Shown here: in pieces, positions 1 through 8,833 of the stretch
How positions within the stretch are numbered: the stretch's first letter is position 1
Layout: every line of letters begins with the position of its first letter
Source of the DNA: Candidatus Sericytochromatia bacterium
Lineage (GTDB): Bacteria; Cyanobacteriota; Sericytochromatia; S15B-MN24; UBA4093
DNA: 41,485 bases
NCBI GenBank assembly: GCA_036676495.1
Contig: JAKFCT010000084.1
Location: 1 to 41,485, forward strand
Direction: 5' to 3'
The notes under the pieces: model-generated
What the model was told of the DNA's origin: nothing
Databases searched by the model: none
What the model saw: only the letters and a program-made list of their open reading frames with translations
Made by a program: the position numbers and the translations under genes

Positions 1-173
1 GGCTCCCCACGGCTCATGCGATCATCTCTGCTGGCCCGGCTCCCCTGGCCCCCACCAGAATCCAAGTTCCAGCCAGGGGAAGCGCTCGAGGGAAGCGTTG
101 GACCGTACCGCCCGGACCGAGCCGCTCCTTGTTGCCAGTGGGGTACGATGAGGCAAGACAAAAGGAGGGGACG

Positions 174-767
174 ATGCCGATCATGCCAGCCGACTGGGAA
201 GCCCGTTATCAAGACGGAGACACGCCTTGGGACCTGGGAGGGCCGACGCCGGTCTTCACGCGCCTGATTCGCGAGGGAAGGTTCTCTCCGGGCAAACTGC
301 TCATCCCCGGGGCCGGGAGGGGCTACGACGCGATCGCCTTCGCCCAGGCGGGCTTCGCGGTCACGAGCGTGGACGTCGCGGCCTCGGCCTGCGCGGCGCT
401 GCACGAAAGCGCCGCGGCGGCGGGGGTGACGCTGGAGGTGCGGCAGGCGGATTTCTTTGCGCTCGCGGACGCGGGGCGCTTCGATCTGGCGCTTGAGTAC
501 ACGTTCTACTGCGCCATCGATCCGGCGCTCCGCCCTGCGTACCGCGACCAGATGGCACGTCTGCTCAAGCCGGGCGGGTTGCTCTTCGGGCTCTTCTTCC
601 CCTTGAACAAGCCCCCGGAGGCCGAAGGGCCTCCCTTCGGGGTGAAACGCGACGAGGTCGAAGCCTCCTTGACGGAGCGCTTCGACCTCGTGGAGGCCGA
701 GATTCCCGCGGATTCGGTCAAGCCGCGCCGCGGCAACGAGATCCTGATGACCTGGCGCCGGCGCTAG
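174..767 (+). CDS. TPMT-family (thiopurine/thiol/halide) SAM-dependent methyltransferase
   Basis: Motifs TPWDLGGPTP, LIPGAGRGYDA (SAM-binding motif I) and EYTFYCAI. Start moved to ATG 174 behind an AAGGAGG SD. Confidence 0.85.
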   Translation: MPIMPADWEARYQDGDTPWDLGGPTPVFTRLIREGRFSPGKLLIPGAGRGYDAIAFAQAGFAVTSVDVAASACAALHESAAAAGVTLEVRQADFFALADAGRFDLALEYTFYCAIDPALRPAYRDQMARLLKPGGLLFGLFFPLNKPPEAEGPPFGVKRDEVEASLTERFDLVEAEIPADSVKPRRGNEILMTWRRR

Positions 768-1084
768 AGGGCGTCAATCTTGGCGGCCAGGATGAAGTCG
801 TTCTCGGTGAGCCCTTCGGCCGCATGGGTCCAGAGGGTGATGTCCACCCGGTTGTAGTGCACGTAGAAGTCGGGGTGATGCCCTTCGCTCTCGGCGACCT
901 CGGCCATGCGGTTGAGGAAGCCCATGGCTTCCATGAAGTCCTTGAACTGGAAGGTCTTGTAGAGGCGATCCTCGCGGGCCTCCCAACCCTGAACCTGCTT
1001 GAGGAATAGCTCGACGCCTTCCTCGTTAAGCTTCGGGATGCCGCCCTCGCAGGGCACGCAGCGCTTCTTGGTGAGTTCGGTCAT
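764..1084 (-). CDS. phhB: Pterin-4-alpha-carbinolamine dehydratase
   Basis: CVPCEGG, FKDF, AESEGHHPD, WTHA and LTENDFILAAKID motifs. GAGGAG SD before ATG 1084. Stop codon overlaps the convergent methyltransferase stop (CTAG 764-767). Confidence 0.93.
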   Translation of the reverse strand: MTELTKKRCVPCEGGIPKLNEEGVELFLKQVQGWEAREDRLYKTFQFKDFMEAMGFLNRMAEVAESEGHHPDFYVHYNRVDITLWTHAAEGLTENDFILAAKIDAL

Positions 1085-1097
1085 ATGTTCTCCTCGC

Positions 1098-1631
1098 TTA
1101 AGCATGATCGAATCGATGGGCGAGCCACTGGCCGAAGGCCTGAACGATGGCCGGCTGGTCGTGGTTGAGGGGGCCGTCGCCTCGAACGAGGGTCAGGACC
1201 CCGTGATGCGTCCCGGATTCCCCGATCAAGGGCAGGACGTAAGCAAAGCCGAGATCCGCCTGGGGGCGGCCGGCCAGGAAAGCGTCGACGAAGGCCGGCC
1301 GCAGCCCCGGCTCGCCGGGCTCGAGATCTCCCATGATCAGCATGGGGGTCCCGGCCTCCAGGGCCTTGGCCGAGAAGTGCTCGCCTAGCGGTTCGGAAGC
1401 GCCGGAAAGCGCCTTGTAAGCCTCGGCGTTGCGGCCGTAGAGGGCCTTCACCCGGAGCGACTCGCCGTCACGGAGCTCGAGCAGGGCGAGATCCGCCATG
1501 CCTTCCTCGATGAGCATGGGCATGATGGCCTCGATGTTCTGCTCGACAGGCTGACGCTGCAAGGTCTGGGTGAGCCCCACGGGCAGCGGATAGGGGGCAG
1601 GCAATTTGAACGGCACACTCATCAGCGGCAT
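1098..1631 (-). CDS. Stand-alone GAF-domain protein
   Basis: C-terminal YVLPLIGESGTHHGVLTL...AFGQWLA pattern is typical of a GAF fold. AGGAG SD. Lies 13 bp upstream of phhB, so probably co-transcribed. Confidence 0.6.
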   Translation of the reverse strand: MPLMSVPFKLPAPYPLPVGLTQTLQRQPVEQNIEAIMPMLIEEGMADLALLELRDGESLRVKALYGRNAEAYKALSGASEPLGEHFSAKALEAGTPMLIMGDLEPGEPGLRPAFVDAFLAGRPQADLGFAYVLPLIGESGTHHGVLTLVRGDGPLNHDQPAIVQAFGQWLAHRFDHA

Positions 1632-1806
1632 GTCGTGGAAGCTCCTTTGGTTTCAGGGGGATCGCCCTCCAGTCTCCCATACATCCGCAGCTTGCTCAAG
1701 CCCTCGACTTCCCTCCGTGCTCTCGCTATTGTAAAGTTTTACGATATAATATTACGGTCTCCGTTACGTTTGCACTTGAGGGAACTGAGAGGAGCTAGGA
1801 AAGCCC

Positions 1807-3249
1807 ATGAGAGAGTCGAGCAAGAAGACGCCCAAGGCCCCCTCGAGCAGGGTAGCCAAGTCGACGCCCGAAGCGCGAACGCCCAAGCCTCGGGCGAAGG
1901 CCGCGACGGGGACGAGCAAGGACGTGAAGGCCGCCACCAAGACCACGGTCTCCGAGAAGGCGAAGCCCAAGGCGGCCGCCACTTCCACGGCCAAGGCGTC
2001 TTCCACCAAGGCGACGACCCGACAGTCGACCTCCTCGAAGGCCTCGCCCATCAAGGAGAGCCCCGCCACGGCTGGCATGCGCAAGTCCACGGCGACGACC
2101 GCCGCTCAGAAGGGCCGGACGATCCTCTGCGTGACCCGTGTGAAGGCCGGCCGAGCCTTCATGGAAGAAGCCGCCCGGCTCGGCTGCCGGGTGCTGGTGC
2201 TCACCGAGGACGCGGCGCGCAAGGACCTCTTCCCGGAGTGCGTCTCCCGGATCGTGACGGTGCATAGCCTTCAGGACTGGAACGCGGTCGCCAGCGTGGT
2301 CAGCCGCCTCGAGCGCGAGGAGCGTCTCGACCGGGTGGTGCCGATGCTGGAAGCCCAGGTCGAGCTGGCGGCGCGCATTCGGCAGTTGCTGGGCATTCCG
2401 GGGCAGACCATGGAGCAGGCGCGCCTCTTCCGCGACAAGCTCGCCATGCGCCTGACGGCCCTGGGAGCGAACATCCCGGTGCCGTACTTCGCTCCAGCGC
2501 TCGACCGCGAGCGGGTGGTGGCGATGGTCGAGTCCGTGGCCCCTCCCTACATGCTCAAGCTTCGCGACGGCCTCGGCTCTCAGAACGTGACGCGCATCGA
2601 TTCGCGCGCGCAGCTGCTGCCGGCGATCGTCTCCAAGGGCCCGCGCATCGATGATTACCTGGTCGAGCAGTACATCCCCGGCGAGGTCTACCACGTCGAC
2701 TCGGTGGTGGAAGGCGGCAAGATCCAGTTCTCGCTGGCCTCGCGTTACGGCCTTCCCCTCTTCGACGTGCTGCAGGGCGGCAACTTCGTGACCTACACGG
2801 TTGCGCGGGGATCCCAACTCGAGGCCAAGCTGCTCAAGATCAACGCGCAGGTCATCAAGGCCTTCGGCCTGCAGCGGGGCGTGACCCATATCGAGTTCAT
2901 CCGCAGCGCGGAGACCGGGGAGCTCTACTTCCTCGAGGCGGCCAACCGGATTCCCTCGGCCCGGATCCCCATGGTCATCAACGAGGCCTCCGGCGTCTGC
3001 CTCTACCACGAGCTCGCCAAGCTGGAGGCCCATGACAAGTACCAGGCCCCCAAGCCCAAGGAAGGCCACGCGGGCTTCATCACCACCGTCCCCAAGCGGG
3101 GACCGGTGAAGCTGGACGGCTTCAAGGAAAAGGAGATCGTCTGGCGCTCGGCCGATCCCTACCAGCCGGGGCTGATCGTCCGTTCGGATGACGCGACGCG
3201 GGTCTCGAAGCTGCTTCAAGAGTACGACAAGCGCTTCGCGATGTTCTAG
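1807..3249 (+). CDS. ATP-grasp carboxylate-amine ligase with an ~100-aa Lys/Ala/Thr/Ser-rich N-terminal extension
   Basis: FRDKLAMR, LKLRDGLGS, VEQYIPG, YHVDS, THIEF and FLEAANR ATP-grasp motifs. GAGGAG upstream of the start. Confidence 0.85.
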   Translation: MRESSKKTPKAPSSRVAKSTPEARTPKPRAKAATGTSKDVKAATKTTVSEKAKPKAAATSTAKASSTKATTRQSTSSKASPIKESPATAGMRKSTATTAAQKGRTILCVTRVKAGRAFMEEAARLGCRVLVLTEDAARKDLFPECVSRIVTVHSLQDWNAVASVVSRLEREERLDRVVPMLEAQVELAARIRQLLGIPGQTMEQARLFRDKLAMRLTALGANIPVPYFAPALDRERVVAMVESVAPPYMLKLRDGLGSQNVTRIDSRAQLLPAIVSKGPRIDDYLVEQYIPGEVYHVDSVVEGGKIQFSLASRYGLPLFDVLQGGNFVTYTVARGSQLEAKLLKINAQVIKAFGLQRGVTHIEFIRSAETGELYFLEAANRIPSARIPMVINEASGVCLYHELAKLEAHDKYQAPKPKEGHAGFITTVPKRGPVKLDGFKEKEIVWRSADPYQPGLIVRSDDATRVSKLLQEYDKRFAMF

Positions 3250-3257
3250 GCTGACGG

Positions 3258-3289
3258 CGAAGGGTCCGGGCGATCGCCCGGACCCTTCG
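3258..3289. terminator. Perfect 32-bp palindrome between convergent genes; probable bidirectional terminator
   Basis: cgaagggtccgggcga|tcgcccggacccttcg, 8 nt after the ATP-grasp stop codon. Confidence 0.7.
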
Positions 3290-3308
3290 TCATGAGGAGG
3301 AATCGGCT

Positions 3309-4481
3309 CTAGAGCTTCAGGTCGCCCCAGAGGTACTCGAGCGCGCCCGGAGCACGCTTGGCCCATTCGGCTTCCGAGTGGGTGGCGTTCTTGTCCACGA
3401 CGTACTTGAGGTCATGGCCCTCGCTGAAGCCCTGATGCTTCAAGAGGTCGACCATGTCGTTGGCATGGCGCAGGAACTTCGGGCTGAACAGCGAGCCGCC
3501 CTCCTTGCCGCCGCAGTCGAGGTAGATCTTGGTGTTGTAGGGCTTGGCGCAGTCGCGCAGGAAGCTGAAGATCGAGCGCTCGCCGAACCAGAAGGATCCG
3601 GACATCGACATGATCCGGCCGAAGACGTCGCGGTAGCGGTAGCCGGCGTACATGGCGGCCAGTCCACCCATCGACGAGCCGCCCACCGCGGTGTACTCGC
3701 GGTCGGGGAGGGTCCGGAACTTCTGATCGATCTGGTGCTTGAGGTCGCGGGCGACCCAGCCGATGAACTTCTCGCCCTCGGCCTTCACCTTCAGGCGGTA
3801 ATCCGGCCAGGGTGCCAGCTCGCTGAGGCGGTACTGGTTGCCGTGGTAGATCGCGATGATGATGATCGGCGGGATCTTGCCGTCGGTGATCAGCTTCTCG
3901 CAGGTCTCGTCGAGGTACCACTCTCCGGAGAACGACGTCCGCTCGTCGAAGAGGTTCTGCCCGTCGAACATGTAGAGCACGGGGTAGCGGCGCGAGGTCT
4001 CGACGTCGTAGCCGGGAGGCAGGTAGGCGACGATCTCGCGGGTGCGGCCCAGGGGGGCGACGCTGAACTTCCCGAGGGACTTGACGTTGCCGACGGTGGT
4101 CTTGGGCTTGGGATCGCGCGGGTGGTTATCGCGCCAGTCCTCGACTTCGACCTCGAAGGCGCCTTCTTCGCGGATCCGCAGGATCCGGTTGTCGACGTCC
4201 TCGCCATCGGCCTTGACCTCGACGCGCTCCCAGCCGCCGCGGGTGACCTTGAACTCCATGTGGGTGTTGGGCAGGACCCGCAGGGGCAGCTCGAAGCGAT
4301 CCTCGCCGGTGCGCTTGAAGGCATAGCGCTCACTCTGCGAGTTCCAGCCGTTGATGTTGGCGGCCAGGAAGAGACGGTCCTCGGGTCCCACCTTCGGAGC
4401 CTGCACCTGAAGGGTAAACGGGATAGGCTTGGGAAGTTCGAGGGTCAGGGCCCCCGTCCCGCGCCAGTTATATCGTCTCAA
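3309..4481 (-). CDS. Alpha/beta-hydrolase (putative esterase) with N-terminal CBM20/CBM48-like carbohydrate-binding module
   Basis: N-terminal NGWN...EFKVTRGGWERVE module. Esterase motifs YLPPGY, YPVLYMFDGQNLF, GGSSMGG (nucleophile) and HSEAEW. TTG start with GGAGG SD. Confidence 0.85.
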   Translation of the reverse strand: MRRYNWRGTGALTLELPKPIPFTLQVQAPKVGPEDRLFLAANINGWNSQSERYAFKRTGEDRFELPLRVLPNTHMEFKVTRGGWERVEVKADGEDVDNRILRIREEGAFEVEVEDWRDNHPRDPKPKTTVGNVKSLGKFSVAPLGRTREIVAYLPPGYDVETSRRYPVLYMFDGQNLFDERTSFSGEWYLDETCEKLITDGKIPPIIIIAIYHGNQYRLSELAPWPDYRLKVKAEGEKFIGWVARDLKHQIDQKFRTLPDREYTAVGGSSMGGLAAMYAGYRYRDVFGRIMSMSGSFWFGERSIFSFLRDCAKPYNTKIYLDCGGKEGGSLFSPKFLRHANDMVDLLKHQGFSEGHDLKYVVDKNATHSEAEWAKRAPGALEYLWGDLKL

Positions 4482-4565
4482 GGGAATCCCCTCCTAGAAC
4501 GCGTTCCATCGGTGTATCACTCGCTAGCTTACCATAATCCGGCAGGCGCAAAACCGTGTCCCTGC

Positions 4566-5465
4566 TCACTTACGGCTGAGCAAACGCTGGAACTTCAGGC
4601 CGATGGCCCGGTACATGAGCTTGGCCACGAGGAAATCCGGTCCATGCAGCTGGGCGATGGGCGCGAGCTCGTTGATGTCCATGGCCACGACCGTGCGGGA
4701 CTCGAAGAGCTGCGCGAGCACGTAGCAGACGTGCTGCCATGACAGGCCTCCCGGCTCCGGGGTGCCCGTGCTGGGCATGATCGACGGGTCCAGGCCGTCG
4801 ACGTCGATCGTCAGGTAGACATGCTCGGGAAGCTGGGCGATCGCCAGGTCCACGTCCGCGCAGAACTCGTCCCAAGGCTTCAGCCAGGACCCGCCCCAGA
4901 CCTCGGTGATGTTGCGCTGCGACTGCAGGTACTCCCACTCGGGCTCGGAAAGGTTGCGGATGCCGACCCCCACCAGGTGGGAGAGGTTGTGGTCCAGGGC
5001 GCGCCGCATGGCGCAGGCATGGGACTCGGGATCCTCGTCGTAGGAGTCGCGAAGATCGGCATGGGCGTCGATCTGGAGGATGCCCAGCTGGGGGTAGCGC
5101 GCCCGGATGATCTCGATCATCGGCGGGGTGACCGAGTGGTCGCCGCCGAGCATGACGGGGAACTTACCGTCGTCGAGCAGGGAAGGCAGGATGCGGGCGA
5201 TCGCCTCCTTGACCGCGTCGTGCGTGTCCAGGGAGGCCTCCAGCAGCTCGGGGGCGACGGTGGCAATCCCCGCGTCGCAAGGATTGAAGCCCAGCTCGTG
5301 GTCGAAGAGCTCGACCTGCTGCGAGGCCTCCATGACGGCCACAGGGCCCTTCTCGGCGCCGCGGCCGTACGAGACCGACGCCCCGAAGGGAAGGCCGAAG
5401 ACGGCCGCCCGCGAGGAGCCGTAGGCGCTGAGGTCAGGGTCGAGGCCGAAGAAGGTCGCGTTCAC
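4566..5465 (-). CDS. speB: Agmatinase (ureohydrolase family)
   Basis: GGDHS, DAHADLRD, DVDGLDPS and TGTPEPGG motifs. Start placed at GTG 5465 behind AGGTGA rather than the TTG at 5534. Confidence 0.9.
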   Translation of the reverse strand: MNATFFGLDPDLSAYGSSRAAVFGLPFGASVSYGRGAEKGPVAVMEASQQVELFDHELGFNPCDAGIATVAPELLEASLDTHDAVKEAIARILPSLLDDGKFPVMLGGDHSVTPPMIEIIRARYPQLGILQIDAHADLRDSYDEDPESHACAMRRALDHNLSHLVGVGIRNLSEPEWEYLQSQRNITEVWGGSWLKPWDEFCADVDLAIAQLPEHVYLTIDVDGLDPSIMPSTGTPEPGGLSWQHVCYVLAQLFESRTVVAMDINELAPIAQLHGPDFLVAKLMYRAIGLKFQRLLSRK

Positions 5466-5480
5466 GATATCACCTGCGCA

Positions 5481-5560
5481 AAGAGCCTCCCAAGAATCCA
5501 GGCATGACGCTAAGCTTGGCTGCCTTTCCGGCAATCAGGAACCGTTCTTGAGATGCTCTT
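5481..5560 (-). ncRNA. Candidate structured cis-regulatory leader RNA of speB
   Basis: Nested pairings on the minus strand: AAGAGC/GCUCUU, UCUCAAGAA/UUCUUGGGA (G-U wobble only on this strand), CUGA/UUAG and UUGCC-GGAAA-GGCAG. Confidence 0.5.
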
Positions 5561-5645
5561 AAGTCAATCATTACCATGCCATCCCGCTAGTGTACCTCCC
5601 CGATCGCACGGGGATCCAGTGGCCTCGGAAGGCGCGAGCGCCAGC

Positions 5646-5674
5646 TTGTCAACAAGACATCGCCGTGGTAGCAT
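5646..5674 (+). promoter_or_regulatory. Sigma70-type promoter for the ankyrin gene
   Basis: TTGTCA-17-TAGCAT with an extended TG. Confidence 0.55.
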
Positions 5675-5719
5675 CGGGGGTTTGACGCTCGCCCGTCGTG
5701 TTCGCAAAGAGGCTTCGTC

Positions 5720-7312
5720 ATGTCCTCCACCGCGCCCGCCGTCCTCCTCTTCGGTTTGCTGGCCTGGACCCTGCTGACGGGTCCGAGTCAGGCCGCGCTC
5801 CTGGAAGCTCACGATCCCCTGGAGCCCGAGGTCCTGGTCTCCCTCCAGACCCAACCGGAAGACGCTCCCAGTGCCATGACCCTGCATGCGGAGTTCTGGG
5901 TCAGCCGGCCCGAGATGATCATGGTCACCCTCCATGCTCCCGACGACGCGGCCTTGCCCTCCGGGGGGCTTCAGTCGCCGCCGCTGCGCATGGACGGGGC
6001 CACGCTCTCGCCCCGTCGGTGCTACGCCTCGAAGGGGCGCTTCCAGTTTCCGATGACCCTCGCGGAATTCACGGGGCTGCTGCAGGCGAAAAAGGTTCAC
6101 TGGCAAACGGAAGATAAGCCGCTCGAGCCCGCGGCCCGCGCGCCCTTGCGGGAGCTTTGGGCGCGGCTTCGCCCCATGGTGCGCGATCCGGCCTTCCGGG
6201 CGCATACCCTGCTGCGCGAAGGCAGCCCGGAGGCCATTTCCACCCTGCTGCGAGGCGGCTGGGGGGCGAATCGCCCGACCTACGTGGGGAAGCCGCCGCT
6301 CTCCGTGGTTTCGGCCCAGGGCAACCTCGATGGCGTGAACGTGCTCCTGAAGGCGGGCGCGATGCTCGACGGCGTGGACAAGCATGGCCGGACGGCCCTT
6401 CATCAGGCGATCCGCAACGGGCATACCGATCTGGCGATCGAACTGCTGGACCGGGGCGCCTCGCCCACTCTGGCAGACCGCCAGGGCCTGACTCCGCTAC
6501 ATGTCGCCGTGCGCGAGCGCAACGCCCTGCTCGTGCAGAATCTCCTCGAGCGTGGGGCTTCCCCCAACACGACCGATCATCGAGGGATGACGGCGCTGCA
6601 TCTCAGCATCGAGGCCGGCCCCGACGTGTCGCCGGCCCTCACCAGCAGTGATCCGGCCGTCCTGCATGCCGTCCGGCGTGCCGAGCCCGTGGAGCTGGCC
6701 GAAACCCTCCTGCGTTTCCGGGCCGACCCGCGCCTCACGGTCCAGCCCTCCGCAACGGGCGAGCTTTCCGATCCCGAGCAGGATCCCGGCGGGCTCGATG
6801 CCTTCGGGCTGGCCCTCCGGCGCGACGACGAGGCCATGGTGGCCGTGCTGCGGCAATCGCCCCTGGCCGCCCCCCAGGACGTCCCCGCCTTGAGCAATGA
6901 CCTGACGGAGGCGGACGCGCTCCAGGCCCTCCAGCGCCTCCAGGCGCGCATCCGGCTCTTGAGCCCCGCGCGCTTCTACGCGGAGTACCTCAGCCAGCGC
7001 TACCGGGAGGCCTTCGAGCAAACGCTCCCGCCGGGCGACGCGGTGGGCAACGCGGCGAAGGCCGCCGCGCGCGCGTCCCATGCCCGTCCCCTCCGCAGCG
7101 CCCTCGATCCCCGCTTCACTACCGCCACCCTCCTCCCCGCGCCCGAACCCGGCTCAGCGGCCTTCGACCTCTCGGTCAGGCTTTCCGAGAGCGCCGCGAC
7201 CCCATGGGCCGTGACCTTGCGCCTGGTTTTCGTCCGGGAGAACGGGGCCTGGAAGATCGACCGGCTGGAGGGCGCTCCGGACGACGCGATATCGCTTGAC
7301 AAGCAACCCTGA
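5720..7312 (+). CDS. Secreted ankyrin-repeat protein
   Basis: Signal peptide ending SQA-A. Repeated G(R/L/M)T(A/P)LH.A ankyrin motifs in the central region. Confidence 0.85.
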   Translation: MSSTAPAVLLFGLLAWTLLTGPSQAALLEAHDPLEPEVLVSLQTQPEDAPSAMTLHAEFWVSRPEMIMVTLHAPDDAALPSGGLQSPPLRMDGATLSPRRCYASKGRFQFPMTLAEFTGLLQAKKVHWQTEDKPLEPAARAPLRELWARLRPMVRDPAFRAHTLLREGSPEAISTLLRGGWGANRPTYVGKPPLSVVSAQGNLDGVNVLLKAGAMLDGVDKHGRTALHQAIRNGHTDLAIELLDRGASPTLADRQGLTPLHVAVRERNALLVQNLLERGASPNTTDHRGMTALHLSIEAGPDVSPALTSSDPAVLHAVRRAEPVELAETLLRFRADPRLTVQPSATGELSDPEQDPGGLDAFGLALRRDDEAMVAVLRQSPLAAPQDVPALSNDLTEADALQALQRLQARIRLLSPARFYAEYLSQRYREAFEQTLPPGDAVGNAAKAAARASHARPLRSALDPRFTTATLLPAPEPGSAAFDLSVRLSESAATPWAVTLRLVFVRENGAWKIDRLEGAPDDAISLDKQP

Positions 7313-7325
7313 ATTTTCGTATGAT
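7296..7325 (+). promoter_or_regulatory. Near-consensus sigma70 promoter for the leader peptide/MFS unit
   Basis: TTGACA-18-TATGAT, overlapping the ankyrin stop codon. Confidence 0.7.
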
Positions 7326-7371
7326 GGCCGGCTACGCGCTTACCATCACGCGCGAGAAAGGAGGAGATCCC

Positions 7372-7449
7372 ATGACCCCGATTCAACCCGCCGTTTCCGT
7401 TCTCTCCGGAAGCCTGATCTCCCCCGACGGAGTGTCGTCCGCATCGTGA
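7372..7449 (+). CDS. Putative 25-aa leader peptide MTPIQPAVSVLSGSLISPDGVSSAS
   Basis: Strong AAGGAGGAG SD immediately upstream. Follows a consensus promoter and precedes several hairpins and the MFS gene. Too short for the ORF track. Confidence 0.55.
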   Translation: MTPIQPAVSVLSGSLISPDGVSSAS

Positions 7450-7509
7450 CGCATCCGGTCGTGGGAAAAGCCAATCCCACGGCCGCAAACCACCCCTGAC
7501 GTTTGCTCC

Positions 7510-7536
7510 AGCCGCGGGATCCGCGGCTTTCGTCTT
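7510..7536 (+). terminator. Terminator/attenuator-like hairpin in the MFS leader
   Basis: AGCCGCGG-GAT-CCGCGGCT followed by TTCGTCTT. Confidence 0.5.
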
Positions 7537-7603
7537 ATCCCCCCATGCCACCGAGCAGTTTGCTTGCGAAGGCGGGCCTCGGCGTGGCTGAAAGGAGCAA
7601 ATC

Positions 7604-8827
7604 GTGAGTTACCCCTTGGCAGAATTGCGGGCCCTGTTTCGAAGCAGCCCCGCGTTCCGGCGCCTCCTCATGGCCGACGTGGCCACCCAGCTCGGAGACG
7701 GCGGCCTCCTGATCGCCTTCCCGCTGCTGATCCTGGAACAGACCGGGGACGTCACCCTCACCGGCCTGGCCTTCAGCGGCGAGATCCTGGCGTTCGGGCT
7801 CTTGAGCCCCATGGCCGGAGTCTGGGCGGATCGCTTCGATCAGAAGCGCCTGATGATCGCCGCCAACCTCGCGCGGATCGTCTTCTTCGCCCTGCTGCTG
7901 GCGGCCCTGGCCATGCGCTTGCCCGCATGGTCGTTCATCGGGCTCTCGCTGGCGCTGGGGGGGGCCGGGGCCTTCTTCATGCCGGCCCGGGCGGCCTTCA
8001 TGCGGCGGCTGCTCGAAAAAGAAGAGCTGGAGCAGGCGATCGCCCTGGAAGGCACCCTCTCCTTCCTGCTGCGCCTGATCGCGCCGGCTTTGATGGGGCT
8101 GCTGCTTGCCGTCTACCCGGCGCGCATGGGCATCATCGCCGACATGGCGGCCTATGCCCTGGCCGTCATGCTGCTGCTCCCCGGCTGGGTCAAGGGCAAA
8201 ATCGCCGTCACCCCGGAGGCCGAGACCAAGGGAGCATGGAAAGAAGGCTGGCGCACGCTCATGGAAACGCCGTCGCTGCGGACCCTGCTGGGACTGGACG
8301 TGGGAGTCACCCTCGCGGGCATGGCGGCCTTCTCGCTGACCTTGGCGTTTCTCCAGACGGTCCTTCACCTGCCTGCCCAGTACAACGGCTGGCTCTTGGC
8401 CTCAACGGGCCTGGCCGGGGCGGTGGGGACGCGATTCGCCGGTCGACTCCGGCGCTGGAGTGGGGTTTACCCGGGGCTGACGGGCATGATCGCGCTGACG
8501 TACCTGTTGGTGCCGATCTCAGGGTCGCTGGGGATGATGATGGGGTTCTGGATGCTGCGGGGGCTCGCGGTGGGGGCGCTCTCGGTGCTCATCAACCAAG
8601 CGATCGCCCGTGAGGTGCCCGCGCCGGTCATGGGACGGGTGCAGGCGGCCTGGGGCCTCGCGGCATGCCTCGCGGCCTTCGCCGGAAGCGCCATGACCCC
8701 CCTCATGCTCCGCGGCCTGGGCGCCTCCGCCTCCTACCTCGGCCTGGGCGCGGGAGTGGCGGTGCTGGCGCTGGGGATGGCCGTGGGCGGGTGGGTCCGC
8801 CGCCAGCGACCCCGCCTCGCGGCGTAA
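7604..8827 (+). CDS. MFS transporter (DHA3/macrolide-efflux-like)
   Basis: Motif A GVWADRFDQKRLM and about 12 hydrophobic segments. GTG start with AAGGAG SD. Confidence 0.88.
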   Translation: MSYPLAELRALFRSSPAFRRLLMADVATQLGDGGLLIAFPLLILEQTGDVTLTGLAFSGEILAFGLLSPMAGVWADRFDQKRLMIAANLARIVFFALLLAALAMRLPAWSFIGLSLALGGAGAFFMPARAAFMRRLLEKEELEQAIALEGTLSFLLRLIAPALMGLLLAVYPARMGIIADMAAYALAVMLLLPGWVKGKIAVTPEAETKGAWKEGWRTLMETPSLRTLLGLDVGVTLAGMAAFSLTLAFLQTVLHLPAQYNGWLLASTGLAGAVGTRFAGRLRRWSGVYPGLTGMIALTYLLVPISGSLGMMMGFWMLRGLAVGALSVLINQAIAREVPAPVMGRVQAAWGLAACLAAFAGSAMTPLMLRGLGASASYLGLGAGVAVLALGMAVGGWVRRQRPRLAA

Positions 8828-8833
8828 GCCAGG

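Noticed and set aside
1-17. Possible start of a minus-strand gene running off the left edge
   Set aside because: Only five codons are visible, so it cannot be supported.
5511-5540. Resemblance of GCCGGAAAGGCAGCCAAG to SRP (4.5S) RNA domain IV
   Set aside because: It lacks the conserved CAGG...GGAAGCAG symmetric loop. Kept as an unknown leader instead.
7450-7603. T-box, cobalamin or c-di-GMP riboswitch in the MFS leader
   Set aside because: No T-box GGTGG.ACC, B12-box or GEMM GGCAAAC...GACGCAAA core is present in the right arrangement.
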